64,000 nt of DNA from Octopus sinensis (lineage: Eukaryota): the NCBI RefSeq assembly GCF_006345805.1, contig NC_043006.1, forward strand, positions 71,300,001-71,364,000. The letters run 5' to 3'. Positions within the stretch are counted from its first letter, which is position 1. Each line of letters starts with the position of its first letter. The position numbers were made by a program, and so were the translations under genes. The notes below the pieces were generated by a model. That model worked only from the letters and a program-made list of their open reading frames with translations. It made no database searches and was not told the DNA's origin. Positions 63,436-64,000 of the stretch are shown one piece after another.

Positions 63436-63558
63436 GTGTTAAACGCTGTTTCACCGAGATGGGTGGCCGTGAAGATTTTGGTTACCGAGGCTATGATATG
63501 TACAGTGGAGCAGGTGGCTATGGGCCAGCAATTCCTGAAGCTATGCCTCCATATCCAA
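63436..63558 (+). CDS. RBM45: RBM45 coding exon 6 (GVKRCFTEMGGREDFGYRGYDMYSGAGGYGPAIPEAMPPYP); gene continues beyond the window
   Basis: TTTTGCAG acceptor and A|GTAAGC donor at 63559. 123 nt, phase 1/1, open in the expected frame. The Gly/Tyr-rich content continues exon 5. Assigned from splice signals and frame rather than recognised homology. Confidence 0.78.
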
Positions 63559-64000
63559 GTAAGCAGCTACTTTCTGATAAAAACTCTTTTATTCATTCAG
63601 TAGTATTACACAAATATTTGTTTTCTTATCGCAGTTTTTCTGCAATGTACCCCAATCTGTGAACATTAACCCTTTTGTAATTAAATCAACCGGTCAAACT
63701 GGCCAGATCCGGCCTGTCACTCCTACCCAACAATAAACAGTCACATCATTGAAATCTGAGAGCTACAAGATATTGCATAATTAATTCAAAATAACATAAA
63801 TATATAAGCATGGCTCCTGTGCCAGTGACATGTAAAAAGCACCATTCGAGCATGGTCGATGCCAGTACCGCCTGACTGGCTCCCATGCCAGCGACACATA
63901 AAAAGCACCCACCACACTTAGAGTGGTTGGCATTAGAAAGGGCATCCAGCTGTAGAAATCTTGCCAGATCAGATTGGAGCCTGGTGCAGCCACCTGGCTT

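Overview
AT-rich, microsatellite- and repeat-saturated animal genomic DNA. The repeat content (tRNA-head SINEs, RTE LINE tails ending in (GAT)n) points to an octopus or other coleoid cephalopod; this is inferred, not proven. Two spliced + strand genes can be reconstructed by hand. The first is a complete DUSP19-like dual-specificity phosphatase CDS (18985-19213 + 29248-29642, 207 aa). The second is the first six coding exons of an RBM45 orthologue (38216 to 63558, continuing past the window), carrying a 19-Gly tract. A probable first coding exon of an unidentified minus-strand gene lies at 7330-7346. The rest is mobile DNA: RTE LINE fragments, several SINE families, decayed mariner, maT (DD37D) and DD36E Tc1-type transposons, piggyBac-like, Merlin-like and mariner MITEs, a Gypsy pol/LTR remnant, a Helentron-associated element and Penelope-like (PLE) remnants. 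The most striking signal is a set of minimal type I hammerhead ribozyme motifs with covarying helices, sitting in foldback PLE terminal repeats next to (TA)n tracts. One of these forms a 179-bp-arm near-perfect palindrome inside an RBM45 intron. No CRISPR array, rRNA or true tRNA gene was found. Most ORFs in the supplied track are microsatellite or repeat artefacts.
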